From Candidatus Heimdallarchaeota archaeon (GTDB lineage: Archaea; Asgardarchaeota; Wukongarchaeia; Wukongarchaeales; JBHIFL01): a DNA stretch of 27,181 nucleotides. The stretch lies in contig JBHIFL010000055.1 of the NCBI GenBank assembly GCA_046761065.1, forward strand, positions 1 through 27,181, read 5' to 3'. A program made the position numbers and the translations under genes. Position 1 is the first letter of the stretch. Every line of letters starts with the position of its first letter. Positions 8,406 through 17,750 of the stretch are shown here, piece by piece. The notes below the pieces were generated by a model. That model searched no databases. It was given only the letters and a program-made list of their open reading frames with translations, and was not told the origin of the DNA.

Positions 8406-9302
8406 ATGTATGAGATATCCAACCAAAAGATTGTAGAAATTGGGGGTGTTACTATAGGGGGAATTCCTGGACAAAACCCGACAGTTCTAATCGGATCAAT
8501 ATTCTATCATGGTCACAAAATTGTTGAAGATGCTAAGCATGGACAATTTGATCGAACTAAGGCTGAATCAACAATCAATTTACAAGAAGAGTTTTCTGAA
8601 AAAACCGGCAACCCTCACATGGTGGATATCATAGGTACAACACCCCAAGCTATACAGACCTTCATCGAGTTTGTTGCTAATGTGACTGATGCACCTATCA
8701 TGATTGATGCTCCAACACCCACTATCAGGGTAGCTGGGTTACAATATGCGAAAGATACGGGTTTGATCAATCGTGTTGTCATCAATTCTCTTATTTTCCC
8801 TCCTCAAGAAGAAGAACTTCGAGCCATCCGAGAAGTCGGATTGAAATGTGTTGTTCTTCTTGCACTCAACACGCGAGAGTTCACCACGAAAGGGCGGATT
8901 GATGTTGCTAAAGAGCTGGTGAGAGTGATGCAAACCTATGGAATTGATAAACCACTTTTAGATACCTGTGTCCTAGATATACCTAGCCTTGGGATGGCGT
9001 GGCGTGCGCTATACCTGTTGAAACATGAGTTAGGACTGCCTGTTGGGTGTGGCGCTCATAATGCAATCAACACATGGAAAGGTCTCGATACAAAAATGGG
9101 GAAGCAGGCAAGGAACTCAAGCATTGCTTCAGTAAATGCGATTACAGCAGCTTTAGGTGCCGATTTTGTGTTGTATGGGCCGATTGAGGATGCAGCATAT
9201 GTTTTTCCTGTTGTGGCTATGACAGATGCGGCTTTTGCTCATCTCCTTATGGAAAGTGGAAGTCTGATTGAAAAAACCCACCCTCTATTTAAAATAGCTT
9301 AA
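8406..9302 (+). CDS. mtrH: Stand-alone MtrH/MtgA-family methyl-corrinoid:pterin (H4MPT/THF) methyltransferase
   Basis: IGGIPGQNPTVLIGSIFYHGHKIV, GLPVGCGAHNA, GADFVLYGPIE and C-terminal HPLFK. GAGGTGA RBS. No other mtr subunits nearby. Confidence 0.9.
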   Translation: MYEISNQKIVEIGGVTIGGIPGQNPTVLIGSIFYHGHKIVEDAKHGQFDRTKAESTINLQEEFSEKTGNPHMVDIIGTTPQAIQTFIEFVANVTDAPIMIDAPTPTIRVAGLQYAKDTGLINRVVINSLIFPPQEEELRAIREVGLKCVVLLALNTREFTTKGRIDVAKELVRVMQTYGIDKPLLDTCVLDIPSLGMAWRALYLLKHELGLPVGCGAHNAINTWKGLDTKMGKQARNSSIASVNAITAALGADFVLYGPIEDAAYVFPVVAMTDAAFAHLLMESGSLIEKTHPLFKIA

Positions 9303-9430
9303 AAAAAACGGAAGATGGTGTATTTGATTTAATCACCTTCATTTTCCTAAATCGAACTGATGTAAGTAATATTGGAACGAGCTGAGAAAAAGTGACAATT
9401 CTATCTATTATAGATTAAGATCAGTTGTTT

Positions 9431-10456
9431 CTAAGAAATTACAAGTTTAACAGCTTCTACCATGTTTCGTAATTTCTTCAACACTATCTGGTAGGGTTTA
9501 TCGCCTGGAAAGGCTCCTAGTAAGGGTCCAAAGCCGCAATCCGGCTTGATCATCATATTTTCTGCCCCAAAAGCCTCCATTCCTTTTCGGATCCAATCCT
9601 GAATATTTTCTACACTTTCCACAAAGGTCTCTTCCCCTTCCCCGCCATATATGGTCTTGATAGTTCCAAATGCAAGCATTTTGTCGTGCTCTTCGAGGAG
9701 CTTGCGGTCGAAGAGAGTAAAGTTGTGAGGCGAACTCCGGAATTCATGATCAACGATTCGAACATCTGTTTCCAAGAGCAAATCACGAAGTAAGGGAGAA
9801 ATTTCTCCACATACATGAATAGAAGGGATCGCATCTATACCCTCTTTCGCACGATTCAACTGATGAATGATCATCTGGATCGCTTCGTCTGTGTTCAGAT
9901 CCAGTTGCAGGTCAAAGATCGTGTTTCTTGCCCCTACAAGAAGACCAAGAAGAGGTTCATCGATGGATACAATGTCACATTCCTTGGAATAAGCCTTAGC
10001 AATCATGTTTACATAGGTAACGATGTTCTCACAAAGCTTCGGATATTTTTTGAAGATGTCAACAAGGTTCCATGGAGAATCTTTTTGAATATCTTCCAGC
10101 CGCATATGCGTCATTATCGTAAAAGGACCAGTCACACACGCTCTAAGACCTGTAACAGGCGCGTCTAGATCTTCCATCACTTTAACCATAAGTCGAACAG
10201 GGTGAATAATAGAAGGCGCAGGAGTAGGGGGAGGGGTAAAGTCGGCCCTTATGAAGTAGAGTTTGTTTCGTTTTTCAAGTTTCTTGGCATTTACTAGTGG
10301 ATCCAGAAACATAGCATGCATATCCCCTTGGGGATAATTCACAAAATCTATGCCAACTTCGACTAGATCCCGAACAACACGCCGAATAGTGGCATCCGAA
10401 ATTTCCAAGGGGACACTCCCGACAACGGTCGTTTTCATAGCTAAATCGTTTTGCAT
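9431..10456 (-). CDS. Short 'core' MetE-type (Zn-dependent homocysteine methyltransferase) methionine synthase
   Basis: About 341 aa with the catalytic barrel only: TTVVGSVP, VTGPFT, SIDEP, Zn ligands HVC, DHEF and PDCG, ending KLRNMV.A. AAGGAGAGG RBS favours ATG 10456. Confidence 0.8.
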   Translation of the reverse strand: MQNDLAMKTTVVGSVPLEISDATIRRVVRDLVEVGIDFVNYPQGDMHAMFLDPLVNAKKLEKRNKLYFIRADFTPPPTPAPSIIHPVRLMVKVMEDLDAPVTGLRACVTGPFTIMTHMRLEDIQKDSPWNLVDIFKKYPKLCENIVTYVNMIAKAYSKECDIVSIDEPLLGLLVGARNTIFDLQLDLNTDEAIQMIIHQLNRAKEGIDAIPSIHVCGEISPLLRDLLLETDVRIVDHEFRSSPHNFTLFDRKLLEEHDKMLAFGTIKTIYGGEGEETFVESVENIQDWIRKGMEAFGAENMMIKPDCGFGPLLGAFPGDKPYQIVLKKLRNMVEAVKLVIS

Positions 10457-10478
10457 ACCAAACCTCTCCTTTTCGAAC

Positions 10479-10527
10479 ATATAAATATTTTTTGAGAAGA
10501 CCTCGCGCGCCCCAAAACTTTTTAAAT
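10479..10527. promoter_or_regulatory. Back-to-back archaeal BRE/TATA-like promoters for the metE-like gene (-) and APC permease (+)
   Basis: + strand AAAACTTTTTAAAT at 10514-10527; - strand AAAAAATATTTATAT at about 10479-10493. Confidence 0.5.
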
Positions 10528-10581
10528 CAAAAACATAGAATATTGTGTCTCTTTGAGAGGCAATAACAGGAGAATTAGAAA

Positions 10582-12201
10582 ATGGGTGAAAGCGAAGAGC
10601 GAATATTCCTCCGAGATGCGACAGGACTTGTCAGGGAGGCTGGCTGGACGGATATCCTCACTTTTGCCTCATTAAATATGAGTTGGGGACTCAGTGCCAT
10701 GTGGTTGATCCTTTGGGGACCTTGGTATGGTCCGGGGGGTAGCCTCATCCTAGGCACATTACTAGTTGTTATCCCAATGATCTTTGGTTCACTTGTCTGG
10801 GCATTCATGGCAACAATCATGCCCCGAAGCGGCGGTGACTTCATCTTCAACAGCCGGGCCCTACATCCCCTCCTTGGGTTCATCTCCAGCCTTGGATGGG
10901 TTGCAGTGAACTTCATCTGGTGCGCGGTTCTCGCGGCCTACATTCCTGAGCAGGGGATTGCCCCGCTACTTTACATAGCTGGTTTCGAATCAGCGGCTGA
11001 ATGGATACTCTCATCAGGCGGGGTTTTCATTATCAGTGCTATTATCATTGTTGCCTCAGCTGCTCTTCTATTGTTCGGCATGAAACCCTACCTCTGGGGT
11101 CAGAAGATTCTATTTGGCTTTGGTATTTTGATGTTCATCATCCTCTTCGGGATCTTCGCGGCAAACGATAATGCAGATTTTATCGCGGCATGGAACGCTG
11201 TCGCTGGTGCAGGTAACTATGAGGCAATCAGCGCTGAAGCCCCAGGATACATGGCATCTGAATATGGATACACCTCACTAGCTTTCTCGTTTCCAATGAC
11301 ACTGGCCTTGATCCCAGTGGCCTTCTGGGGGATAGGTTATCCCTATTTCGCCGCTTATGTTGCTGGTGAAACCAAACGCGTCGAAAGAAGCGCACTCATC
11401 GGTATTCCTGGCGGATTGATCCTATGTGGGCTCTCATGGATTATCCTTATTCCACTTGTTCAAAAAGTAGTCAGTTACGAATTTCTCACATATGCTGCAT
11501 TCGCTTATGGTGATGGTTTATCTAGTTATACCCTCCCCTTTGCTCCAATGTACCATGTGTTCGGCATCCTTCTCACACCGAACTCTATGCTCAGATTTCT
11601 CATCGGTTGGGGGTACATCTGCTGGTTGTTAATCTACCCCTTGTATTCGATACTTGGACAAACCCGGATTGCCCTTGCCTGGGCGTTTGATCGTCAAGCA
11701 CCCTCACTCTTCGGCGATGTTAGTGAAAAGTGGCACACTCCAGTAAAAAGCACCATCTTCTTCACGGTTGGAGGCCTTATCTTCTTGGTCTTGTACTCAT
11801 TTGTAATCCATGACATGCTGGCTGGCTTCTCCGCAATGGTCCCCCAGATTATGACAGTCTTCATGATCACAGCGATCGCGGCGATTGTGCTTCCATACCG
11901 CAAACGAACAAAAGCCCTCTACGAGGCCTCGCCCGCCAGTAAATACAAGATTGGGTCGATTCCGTTCATCACAATCTGTGGGGTCATTTACTTCGGTATC
12001 CTTGCCGTGTGCCTTTACTATTACTTCAGCAACCCGTGGCTTGGTGCATGGGATCCCACCGATCCGATAAAGATGACAGCGTTCTACACCATCATAGCAG
12101 TCTTCGTCTTTGGAATTATTTACTATTTCATCAATCGAGCGTACTGGCGGAGAAAGGGTATCGATATCGAGCTAGCTGCTAAAGAACTTCCTCCTGAGTA
12201 G
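10582..12201 (+). CDS. APC-superfamily amino acid/polyamine permease (archaeal type)
   Basis: N-terminal FLRDATGLVRE, MPRSGGDF, AGETK, R...AWAFDR..P, HTPV, and C-terminal GIDI....KELPPE. At least 12 hydrophobic segments. AGGAG RBS. Confidence 0.92.
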   Translation: MGESEERIFLRDATGLVREAGWTDILTFASLNMSWGLSAMWLILWGPWYGPGGSLILGTLLVVIPMIFGSLVWAFMATIMPRSGGDFIFNSRALHPLLGFISSLGWVAVNFIWCAVLAAYIPEQGIAPLLYIAGFESAAEWILSSGGVFIISAIIIVASAALLLFGMKPYLWGQKILFGFGILMFIILFGIFAANDNADFIAAWNAVAGAGNYEAISAEAPGYMASEYGYTSLAFSFPMTLALIPVAFWGIGYPYFAAYVAGETKRVERSALIGIPGGLILCGLSWIILIPLVQKVVSYEFLTYAAFAYGDGLSSYTLPFAPMYHVFGILLTPNSMLRFLIGWGYICWLLIYPLYSILGQTRIALAWAFDRQAPSLFGDVSEKWHTPVKSTIFFTVGGLIFLVLYSFVIHDMLAGFSAMVPQIMTVFMITAIAAIVLPYRKRTKALYEASPASKYKIGSIPFITICGVIYFGILAVCLYYYFSNPWLGAWDPTDPIKMTAFYTIIAVFVFGIIYYFINRAYWRRKGIDIELAAKELPPE

Positions 12202-12230
12202 CTCTGCTCCCACTTCTCCCTTTTTCTTTT
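12202..12230 (+). terminator. Pyrimidine/T-rich archaeal terminator-like tract
   Basis: CTCTGCTCCCACTTCTCCCTTTTTCTTTT directly after the permease stop codon. Confidence 0.35.
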
Positions 12231-12358
12231 AACAATTGTATCCATATCACAAAAAGAACCAATTACTCGTAATCTTTTCGAGGTGGACATTAAAAAGGTC
12301 ATGACACCCTCCACGTATCAAATTAAATATGATGTTTATGAGGGATAGGGGAAAAGGT

Positions 12359-13126
12359 ATGAGTTCTCCAGAAAAATTAGTCCTTGAAGCTGAGCGAGCG
12401 GTTAATGCCGCCTCAGAGAGGAATGTCATCCTACGGGTGTTCGGAGGTGTCGCGATCAGATCCCACTGCCCATCAGCCAGCAATCCACCGTTACTACGAA
12501 AGATCGCGGATGTCGATTTCTTTGGGGTGTCAAAGCAATCTGGTGAGATCCAAAAAGTCTTTAAGGAGCTCAATTACATCCCAGCTGTACGGTTTAATGC
12601 ACTGCGGGGGCGATCAAGGCTTCTCTTTTACGAACCGAAGACAAACAAATCACGAGACATCTTTCTTGACACTTTTGATATGTGCCACCGTATTGACCTA
12701 CGCAAACGGCTTACATTAGAACCGTTCACGATCCCACTCACTGATCTCTTCCTCACTAAGCTTCAGATCATCGAGCTGAATGAGCGTGACTATAAAGATC
12801 TTATCTCACTTCTATTAGATCATGAGGTTGGAAAGGCGGAAACAGAGGAGATGATCAATGGGGCATATATTGCCACACTCTGCGCCAAAGACTGGGGTAT
12901 GTGGAAGACCTTTACGAGAAACCTTGAGTGGACCACTTCTTATGTTGAGAAAAGTCAACTTACACCACCTAACCAGAAGCGGGTAAAGATGCGAATCGAT
13001 AAACTCCAAGAAATAATCGACACAAAGCCCAAATCAGTCTCATGGAAACTTCGTAGCGCCATAGGTGAGCGTATGCTCTGGTACAACCCGGTGGAGGAAG
13101 TCGCCAAAACGATTAAATTTGAGTAA
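12359..13126 (+). CDS. Nucleotidyltransferase-family (Pol-beta fold) protein, uncharacterised
   Basis: LRVFGGVAIRSH...ADVDF (hGG-x-DxD), later DIFLD and DL.LTKLQI....ERDYKD. Start 12359 chosen for its purine-rich RBS (track start 12329). Confidence 0.75.
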   Translation: MSSPEKLVLEAERAVNAASERNVILRVFGGVAIRSHCPSASNPPLLRKIADVDFFGVSKQSGEIQKVFKELNYIPAVRFNALRGRSRLLFYEPKTNKSRDIFLDTFDMCHRIDLRKRLTLEPFTIPLTDLFLTKLQIIELNERDYKDLISLLLDHEVGKAETEEMINGAYIATLCAKDWGMWKTFTRNLEWTTSYVEKSQLTPPNQKRVKMRIDKLQEIIDTKPKSVSWKLRSAIGERMLWYNPVEEVAKTIKFE

Positions 13127-13218
13127 TGCAATGGGACGCTTCCCACTATTCCAAGGATTTATCATCCAAGCGAGATATCACAAGCTATTGTAATGGCTAT
13201 AACTGGAGGAACACAATA

Positions 13219-14166
13219 TTGTTGAAGATTTTTTTCGCTTCAGATGTCCATGGATGCGAAGTGTGCTTTCGGAAGTTTCTAAACGCAGGAAAGTTCTACC
13301 GGGTTAACATAGTAATGCTTGGGGGGGATCTCACAGGCAAGATGGTCGTGCCAGTAGCTAAGCAATCGGAAGGATCATATGTCGCAACTTTTTCAGGGAG
13401 AGAATGGGTAGTTCGCACCCAGTCTGAAATTGATACTCTTACCAAACTGATACAAAACAGTGGTTACTACCCTTATATTACCACTGAAGAAGAGATGCGA
13501 ACACTGCAAAGTAATAAAGAGAATGTGAAAACGCTGTTTTCAGAGTTGATGGCTTCAACAATGCAGCGATGGATCCAGTTTGCTGAAGACCGCCTCCGTG
13601 ATGCCAACATCCGCTGTTTCATTACACCTGGGAATGACGATCAATTCGTTATAGATCAGGTGATTAACGAATCTGATTTCGTTGTAAACCCGGAAGGACA
13701 GGTTGTTAACTTGGATGAAGGGCTTGAAATGATCAGCACTGGCTTCACTAACCCAACGCCATGGAACACTCCACGCGAACTTCCCGAAGAGGAATTGGAA
13801 GAAAAGATCGAGACAATGATCGCCCAAGTAAAGAACATGAATTCCTGTATATTCAACCTCCACTGCCCTCCGATTGGCACGATAATCGATCAAGCTCCTA
13901 AACTTGATGAAACCATGAAGATTGTTCGTAAATCGGGACATGTGGTCATGATAGACGCGGGAAGTCAAGCAGTACGTAACACTATTGAAAAACATCAACC
14001 TCTACTTGGTCTTCACGGGCATATTCACGAGGGAAAAGGCATCGCACAAATCGGAAGGACGATCTGTCTCAACCCGGGCAGCGAGTACGGGGAAGGAATC
14101 CTGCGAGGTGTCATCGTTGCTTTGGACAAGGCAAAAATTAAAAGCCACCTCTTCACATCCGGATGA
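13219..14166 (+). CDS. Calcineurin-like metallophosphoesterase (Icc-related)
   Basis: SDVHG, GGDLTG, PGNDD, HCPP, LHGHIHE, NPGS. GGAGGA RBS precedes the TTG at 13219 (track start 13126 is probably over-extended). Confidence 0.88.
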   Translation: MLKIFFASDVHGCEVCFRKFLNAGKFYRVNIVMLGGDLTGKMVVPVAKQSEGSYVATFSGREWVVRTQSEIDTLTKLIQNSGYYPYITTEEEMRTLQSNKENVKTLFSELMASTMQRWIQFAEDRLRDANIRCFITPGNDDQFVIDQVINESDFVVNPEGQVVNLDEGLEMISTGFTNPTPWNTPRELPEEELEEKIETMIAQVKNMNSCIFNLHCPPIGTIIDQAPKLDETMKIVRKSGHVVMIDAGSQAVRNTIEKHQPLLGLHGHIHEGKGIAQIGRTICLNPGSEYGEGILRGVIVALDKAKIKSHLFTSG

Positions 14167-14416
14167 ATATCTCTTATCACCCTAGAATTAGATAAAATGG
14201 ACTATTACACCATCTTTAAGATACAATTACCATTTGAAAAATATCGAGAAAGAATGAAAAAGCTGGTTTAATCCTTTTTATATTTCATATCATTTGAAGA
14301 ATAGCAATACGACCTTGAATGGTTTATGTTCAAGTTTGACTTAATAGTAATTTATCTAAATACGAGATTTGGTAAGCCATCGTTTGATAAAGCAAGTAGA
14401 TTGGAGTCGACAACGA

Positions 14417-15589
14417 ATGAAACAAGACTGGACAATATATACATTTAATTATTTTGCGATTTTTATCGCGGTGTTCGGGTTTTTCATGAACCTGTACATC
14501 TTACTTCCAGTGATACCCTTATATGCAAGCGTGTTGGGGGTAAAAGAAGCCCTAATAGGGTTGATCGTAGGAACCTTTACCATCGCAGCAGTGTTCGCAC
14601 GAATTCTAATAGGACCCTACTCAAACCGATGGCCTAGGGGAATTTTAGGTTTGGGGTCCACTATCTTCTTTTTTGCGCCCCTCTTGTACGTATTAAGTGA
14701 CTCGTCACTTGAATTACTCATAATCCGACTCTTCAATGGGATCGGGATGGTATTTACCTTAGCATCAATGATTCTTATTGCCAATCTTACCCCACAATCA
14801 AGGTTAGGTGAGGCGATGGGGATCTACGGGTTTTTTATTGTCGCTGCTCAAGCCGCAGGTCCCGCCCTAAGCGGAATGCTAATGGATATGGTAGGGTTTA
14901 CCGGAACCTTCTATGTTGCCACAGGGTTCGCATTACTTAGTGGGTTATCTGGCGCATTTGTTAAGGCCAATTGGGACTCCCAAGCCCATTTAACCTCGTT
15001 GTCAAATGTAGGATATCGCAAAGTGTTAAGGAACAGGAATGTGCTATTGGCCTCACTTGGGATTTTTGTGTTGACCATTACTTATGGTATGCTATTAGCA
15101 TATGGGCCGCTCCACCTGCAAAAGATAGGGATGTCCCCTACTCATCTGGGTTTATTTTTCACCCTGGTAGCGATTGGTGGCATGATAGGACGGCCAATAT
15201 TGGGAAAGCTTTCTGACACGAAAGGACGGACACCTGTGATTATCTCCACTATGCTCCTCACAGCTCTTTGTGTCTATTCCTTTTCCGAATTCGTAGCAAC
15301 GAATATCTTGTTTCTAATGGCACTTTTCTACGGGTTAGGTTTTTGGTCTGCCCATTCGGTGCAATCTACCTTGGTAATCGAAACTATCGACCCGCAATAT
15401 AGAAGCTCGGCGTTAGCGGTATTTACCGCCATTTTTGATTTTGGATTCTCCATCGGTTCGATTGGAATTGGCCTCATAGGGAATGTGGTTACGTTCAGGT
15501 ATCCTCTGTTTTTTCAAATAACTGCTGGCATCCTTGTGATTGGTATAGGAACATTTTCGTATTTCTCATGGCAGCAAATACGTTTGTAG
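14417..15589 (+). CDS. MFS transporter
   Basis: About 12 hydrophobic segments; IPLYA..LG, P..RLGEAMG and GKLSDTKGR (motif A). ATG at 14417 follows GGAG. Confidence 0.9.
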   Translation: MKQDWTIYTFNYFAIFIAVFGFFMNLYILLPVIPLYASVLGVKEALIGLIVGTFTIAAVFARILIGPYSNRWPRGILGLGSTIFFFAPLLYVLSDSSLELLIIRLFNGIGMVFTLASMILIANLTPQSRLGEAMGIYGFFIVAAQAAGPALSGMLMDMVGFTGTFYVATGFALLSGLSGAFVKANWDSQAHLTSLSNVGYRKVLRNRNVLLASLGIFVLTITYGMLLAYGPLHLQKIGMSPTHLGLFFTLVAIGGMIGRPILGKLSDTKGRTPVIISTMLLTALCVYSFSEFVATNILFLMALFYGLGFWSAHSVQSTLVIETIDPQYRSSALAVFTAIFDFGFSIGSIGIGLIGNVVTFRYPLFFQITAGILVIGIGTFSYFSWQQIRL

Positions 15590-15599
15590 CAGCTAAGAC

Positions 15600-16250
15600 C
15601 AAAAAAAGGCAGAAAATTCGAATGGCAACATTTTTCAGTTTTCCAAAATAAGTCCGGAGGCCATTCACATTAGGTTGGTTAAAGATCTCGATGGAATCCG
15701 CTAAATCTTCAAATTTGTCCTTGACTGCATCCTTAGTCGCTCAAATGAGTGGTTTTTGTAGTTCTTTGAAGTTAATCTTCCGAAGTTCGTGGATTTTATC
15801 GTGTTCCTCATTTAACGTTCGCACGATGGTTTCCAAATAATTTGTCTTATGGAATCGATTTCCGCAAGAATTTGGTCTACGTCTTGCTTAGAAGGAGGAG
15901 ATCCTTTCATCCGTTCCAAAAATCCGAAATCACGGCGAGCGACCTATGAGTGTCTTATAAGACTTTCATAATTTTTTTATGACTTGCTGTGACAACATAT
16001 TTCACGCGAAACGCCAAGATATCCTCTTCCGTGCCCCGATAGAATGATGAGCGTACCTTATTCCGGTCAATGGAAGATCCCGGGTCACAGGGGGCCATTG
16101 TTTGGTGGGGAGGGTTCAAGACCTTGTGAAATTTCTTAGTGAGTACAATCTCAAAAGACAATTATTCGGGATTTAAGAATTCGTAGGATACGTTCTTGAG
16201 TTTGTAACTCGACCTTGTGATATGCGTTTTTTCCCATTTTAGAAAGGGAT
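15600..16250 (-). pseudogene. Probable decayed gene of unknown function
   Basis: Protein-like charged helical segments in different minus-strand frames (e.g. QDVDQILAEIDSIRQII; ETIVRTLNEEHDKIHELRKINFKELQKPLI*ATKDAVKDKFEDLADSIEIF), broken by stops and frameshifts. Confidence 0.3.
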
Positions 16251-16263
16251 CTATTTTTGAATT

Positions 16264-16487
16264 TCAGGTCTTGCACTGGTAGCGCTGGCGGCCTTGCTTG
16301 GTCTTGTCAGCTTTCTTGATGTTTTTCTTGGGTTGCTCCTTCTGAAGCTTGGCGTAGTCAGGGCATGCTGCGTTTGGGCAAAATTCCCCAACATGAGCAA
16401 AGGGTGACATGATCTGCCCTCCTCCCAAGGTTACCGCAGAAGGATATAGGATCATATTTCCTGGCAACACTCTTGAAGGAGACCACC
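16264..16487 (-). mobile_element. Truncated IS1-like insertion sequence remnant (left end + Zn-ribbon start of transposase)
   Basis: GGAGGAGG RBS, then MSPFAHVGEFCPNAACPDY...NIKK..KTKQGRQRYQCKT*, an InsA-like Zn ribbon that stops at the 4th Cys. Putative terminus GGTGGTCTCC begins at 16487. Locally higher GC than the flanks. Confidence 0.65.
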
Positions 16488-16509
16488 AAATTATTGAAAT
16501 AATAGGTTA

Positions 16510-16656
16510 ATGTACTTATATGGACTGGGCCTTGGATCTGCTTATACGGTGCAATCAGCCCTGTTAATCGATATCATTGTTTTTCAAGATAGAAACTCGA
16601 CTTTCTCGGTATTTACTACTTGTTTTAATATTGGGATCTCCGTAGGTTCGATCGGA
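16510..16656 (+). pseudogene. Fragment of an MFS transporter paralogous to 14417..15589
   Basis: 16519-16656 aligns without gaps (138 nt) to 15329-15466: YGLGLGSAYTVQSALLIDI...RNSTFSVFT..FNIGISVGSIG vs YGLGFWSAHSVQSTLVIET...RSSALAVFT..FDFGFSIGSIG. Confidence 0.8.
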
Positions 16657-16684
16657 AAGTTCTTCTCAGATCTAATAAAAGAAT

Positions 16685-16745
16685 TAAAATCGAATTTTAT
16701 GAGTTTCGAATGGGATTCAAAGAAAACCTTTTAAATTCGAAATTT
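16685..16745 (+). promoter_or_regulatory. TA promoter with paired palindromic operators
   Basis: TAAAAT-CGA-ATTTTA (16685-16699) and AAATT-CGA-AATTT (16733-16745). The second overlaps the BRE/TATA-like GAAAACCTTTTAAAT. Confidence 0.55.
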
Positions 16746-16766
16746 TATTAAAAGTCGGGTGATCGA

Positions 16767-17021
16767 TTGATTTCAGAAGAATTCGGAAAAGTCGGGTCAA
16801 AAGGGGAACTCTATCCTCCAATAAAGATTCGAAAAGCCTTGGAATTAAATCCTAATACCCATATTCGTTTTTTTGTATCCCCTAAAGGTTACCTTATTGT
16901 AGAAAAAGTAATCTCTGTGGAAGAACTCCTAGCAAAACCAGCCTTAGCAAAAGTCTCGGCAGAAGAGATTGAAAAATTATCGGAAGCAATGCAGCGACAT
17001 GGTGAAAATGAATTTGATTAA
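16767..17021 (+). CDS. AbrB/MazE/SpoVT-family antitoxin (VapB-like)
   Basis: KVGSKGELYPP.KIRKALEL.P swapped-hairpin motif with an acidic tail. Overlaps the downstream PIN gene. Confidence 0.8.
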   Translation: MISEEFGKVGSKGELYPPIKIRKALELNPNTHIRFFVSPKGYLIVEKVISVEELLAKPALAKVSAEEIEKLSEAMQRHGENEFD

Positions 17022-17502
17022 AGTATGTTTAGATACAACCTATTTAATGCCATTATTTGGGTTGGACACGTCTATTAAGAACCTAAAACCTCAGTTCCTA
17101 GAATTGCTTGAGAAAAATCGCTACTTGTTTCACTATTCCCCAGTCTCAATAATCGAAATTAAATGGCAAATTATTAATTTGTCCACATCTAGGCAAAAGG
17201 CTGAAAAATTCGAAACCCAGTTTTCACAAGCTCTAACTGCGTTGAAAGCGGATAAGAGATTTGTGGTTGTAGACTTTCTAGAAGCTAGAATCAATGATTT
17301 TTCTTTTGAATTACGTAAACTTGGCCATACCGACTATTTCGATACAGTAATAGCTGGTTCAGCTGTTTGGGAAACAAAAAAGTTTGTAACCGAAGATGAA
17401 CCATTGAAACAAGTCATCCAACAATATTTTCAAACAACCGTAAATAGCGGATTAAATGAAATTGAGATTATTTCTTGGGATGAATTCTATTCTATTGGAT
17501 AA
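17008..17502 (+). CDS. vapC: PIN-domain (VapC-like) toxin
   Basis: VCLDTTYL, SPVSIIE, DYFD.VI...A, FVTED. GGTGA RBS precedes the ATG at 17008. Confidence 0.8.
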   Translation: MNLIKVCLDTTYLMPLFGLDTSIKNLKPQFLELLEKNRYLFHYSPVSIIEIKWQIINLSTSRQKAEKFETQFSQALTALKADKRFVVVDFLEARINDFSFELRKLGHTDYFDTVIAGSAVWETKKFVTEDEPLKQVIQQYFQTTVNSGLNEIEIISWDEFYSIG

Positions 17503-17707
17503 AAATTCAGTGGTCTAGGGGATTCGGTCCTTAGAATGAGTTTTCTGTGGGAATTAATTTCATTCAAAGCAACGACTAGTGGTCACTCTCAATTAGTAGC
17601 ACATCTCTTATATCCGCTAGAACTATTCCTAACCTAATTATACTAAGAGGATTTGCATATAGTGATAAAAGTCAATCAAAAAAGTAAAGAGTCTTCCCCC
17701 TCAAGTT

Positions 17708-17727
17708 GGAGTCAGTGACTCCTTTTT
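17708..17727 (+). terminator. Hairpin + T-tract between convergent vapC and argF
   Basis: GGAGTC-AGT-GACTCC followed by TTTTT. Confidence 0.4.
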
Positions 17728-17750
17728 AGAAGCTATCTACTTCACTGTAA

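Noticed and set aside
8406-9302. Evidence of methanogenesis (Mtr complex)
   Set aside because: Only a stand-alone MtrH-like gene is present; there is no mtrA-G or mcr in the window.
16264-16266. Selenocysteine at the TGA replacing the 4th Cys of CKTC
   Set aside because: The downstream frame (NSKIDPFLKW...) is not transposase-like and soon stops, so truncation is the simpler explanation.
16510-16734. 74-aa ORF as a real small membrane protein
   Set aside because: It is an MFS fragment running into the TA promoter.
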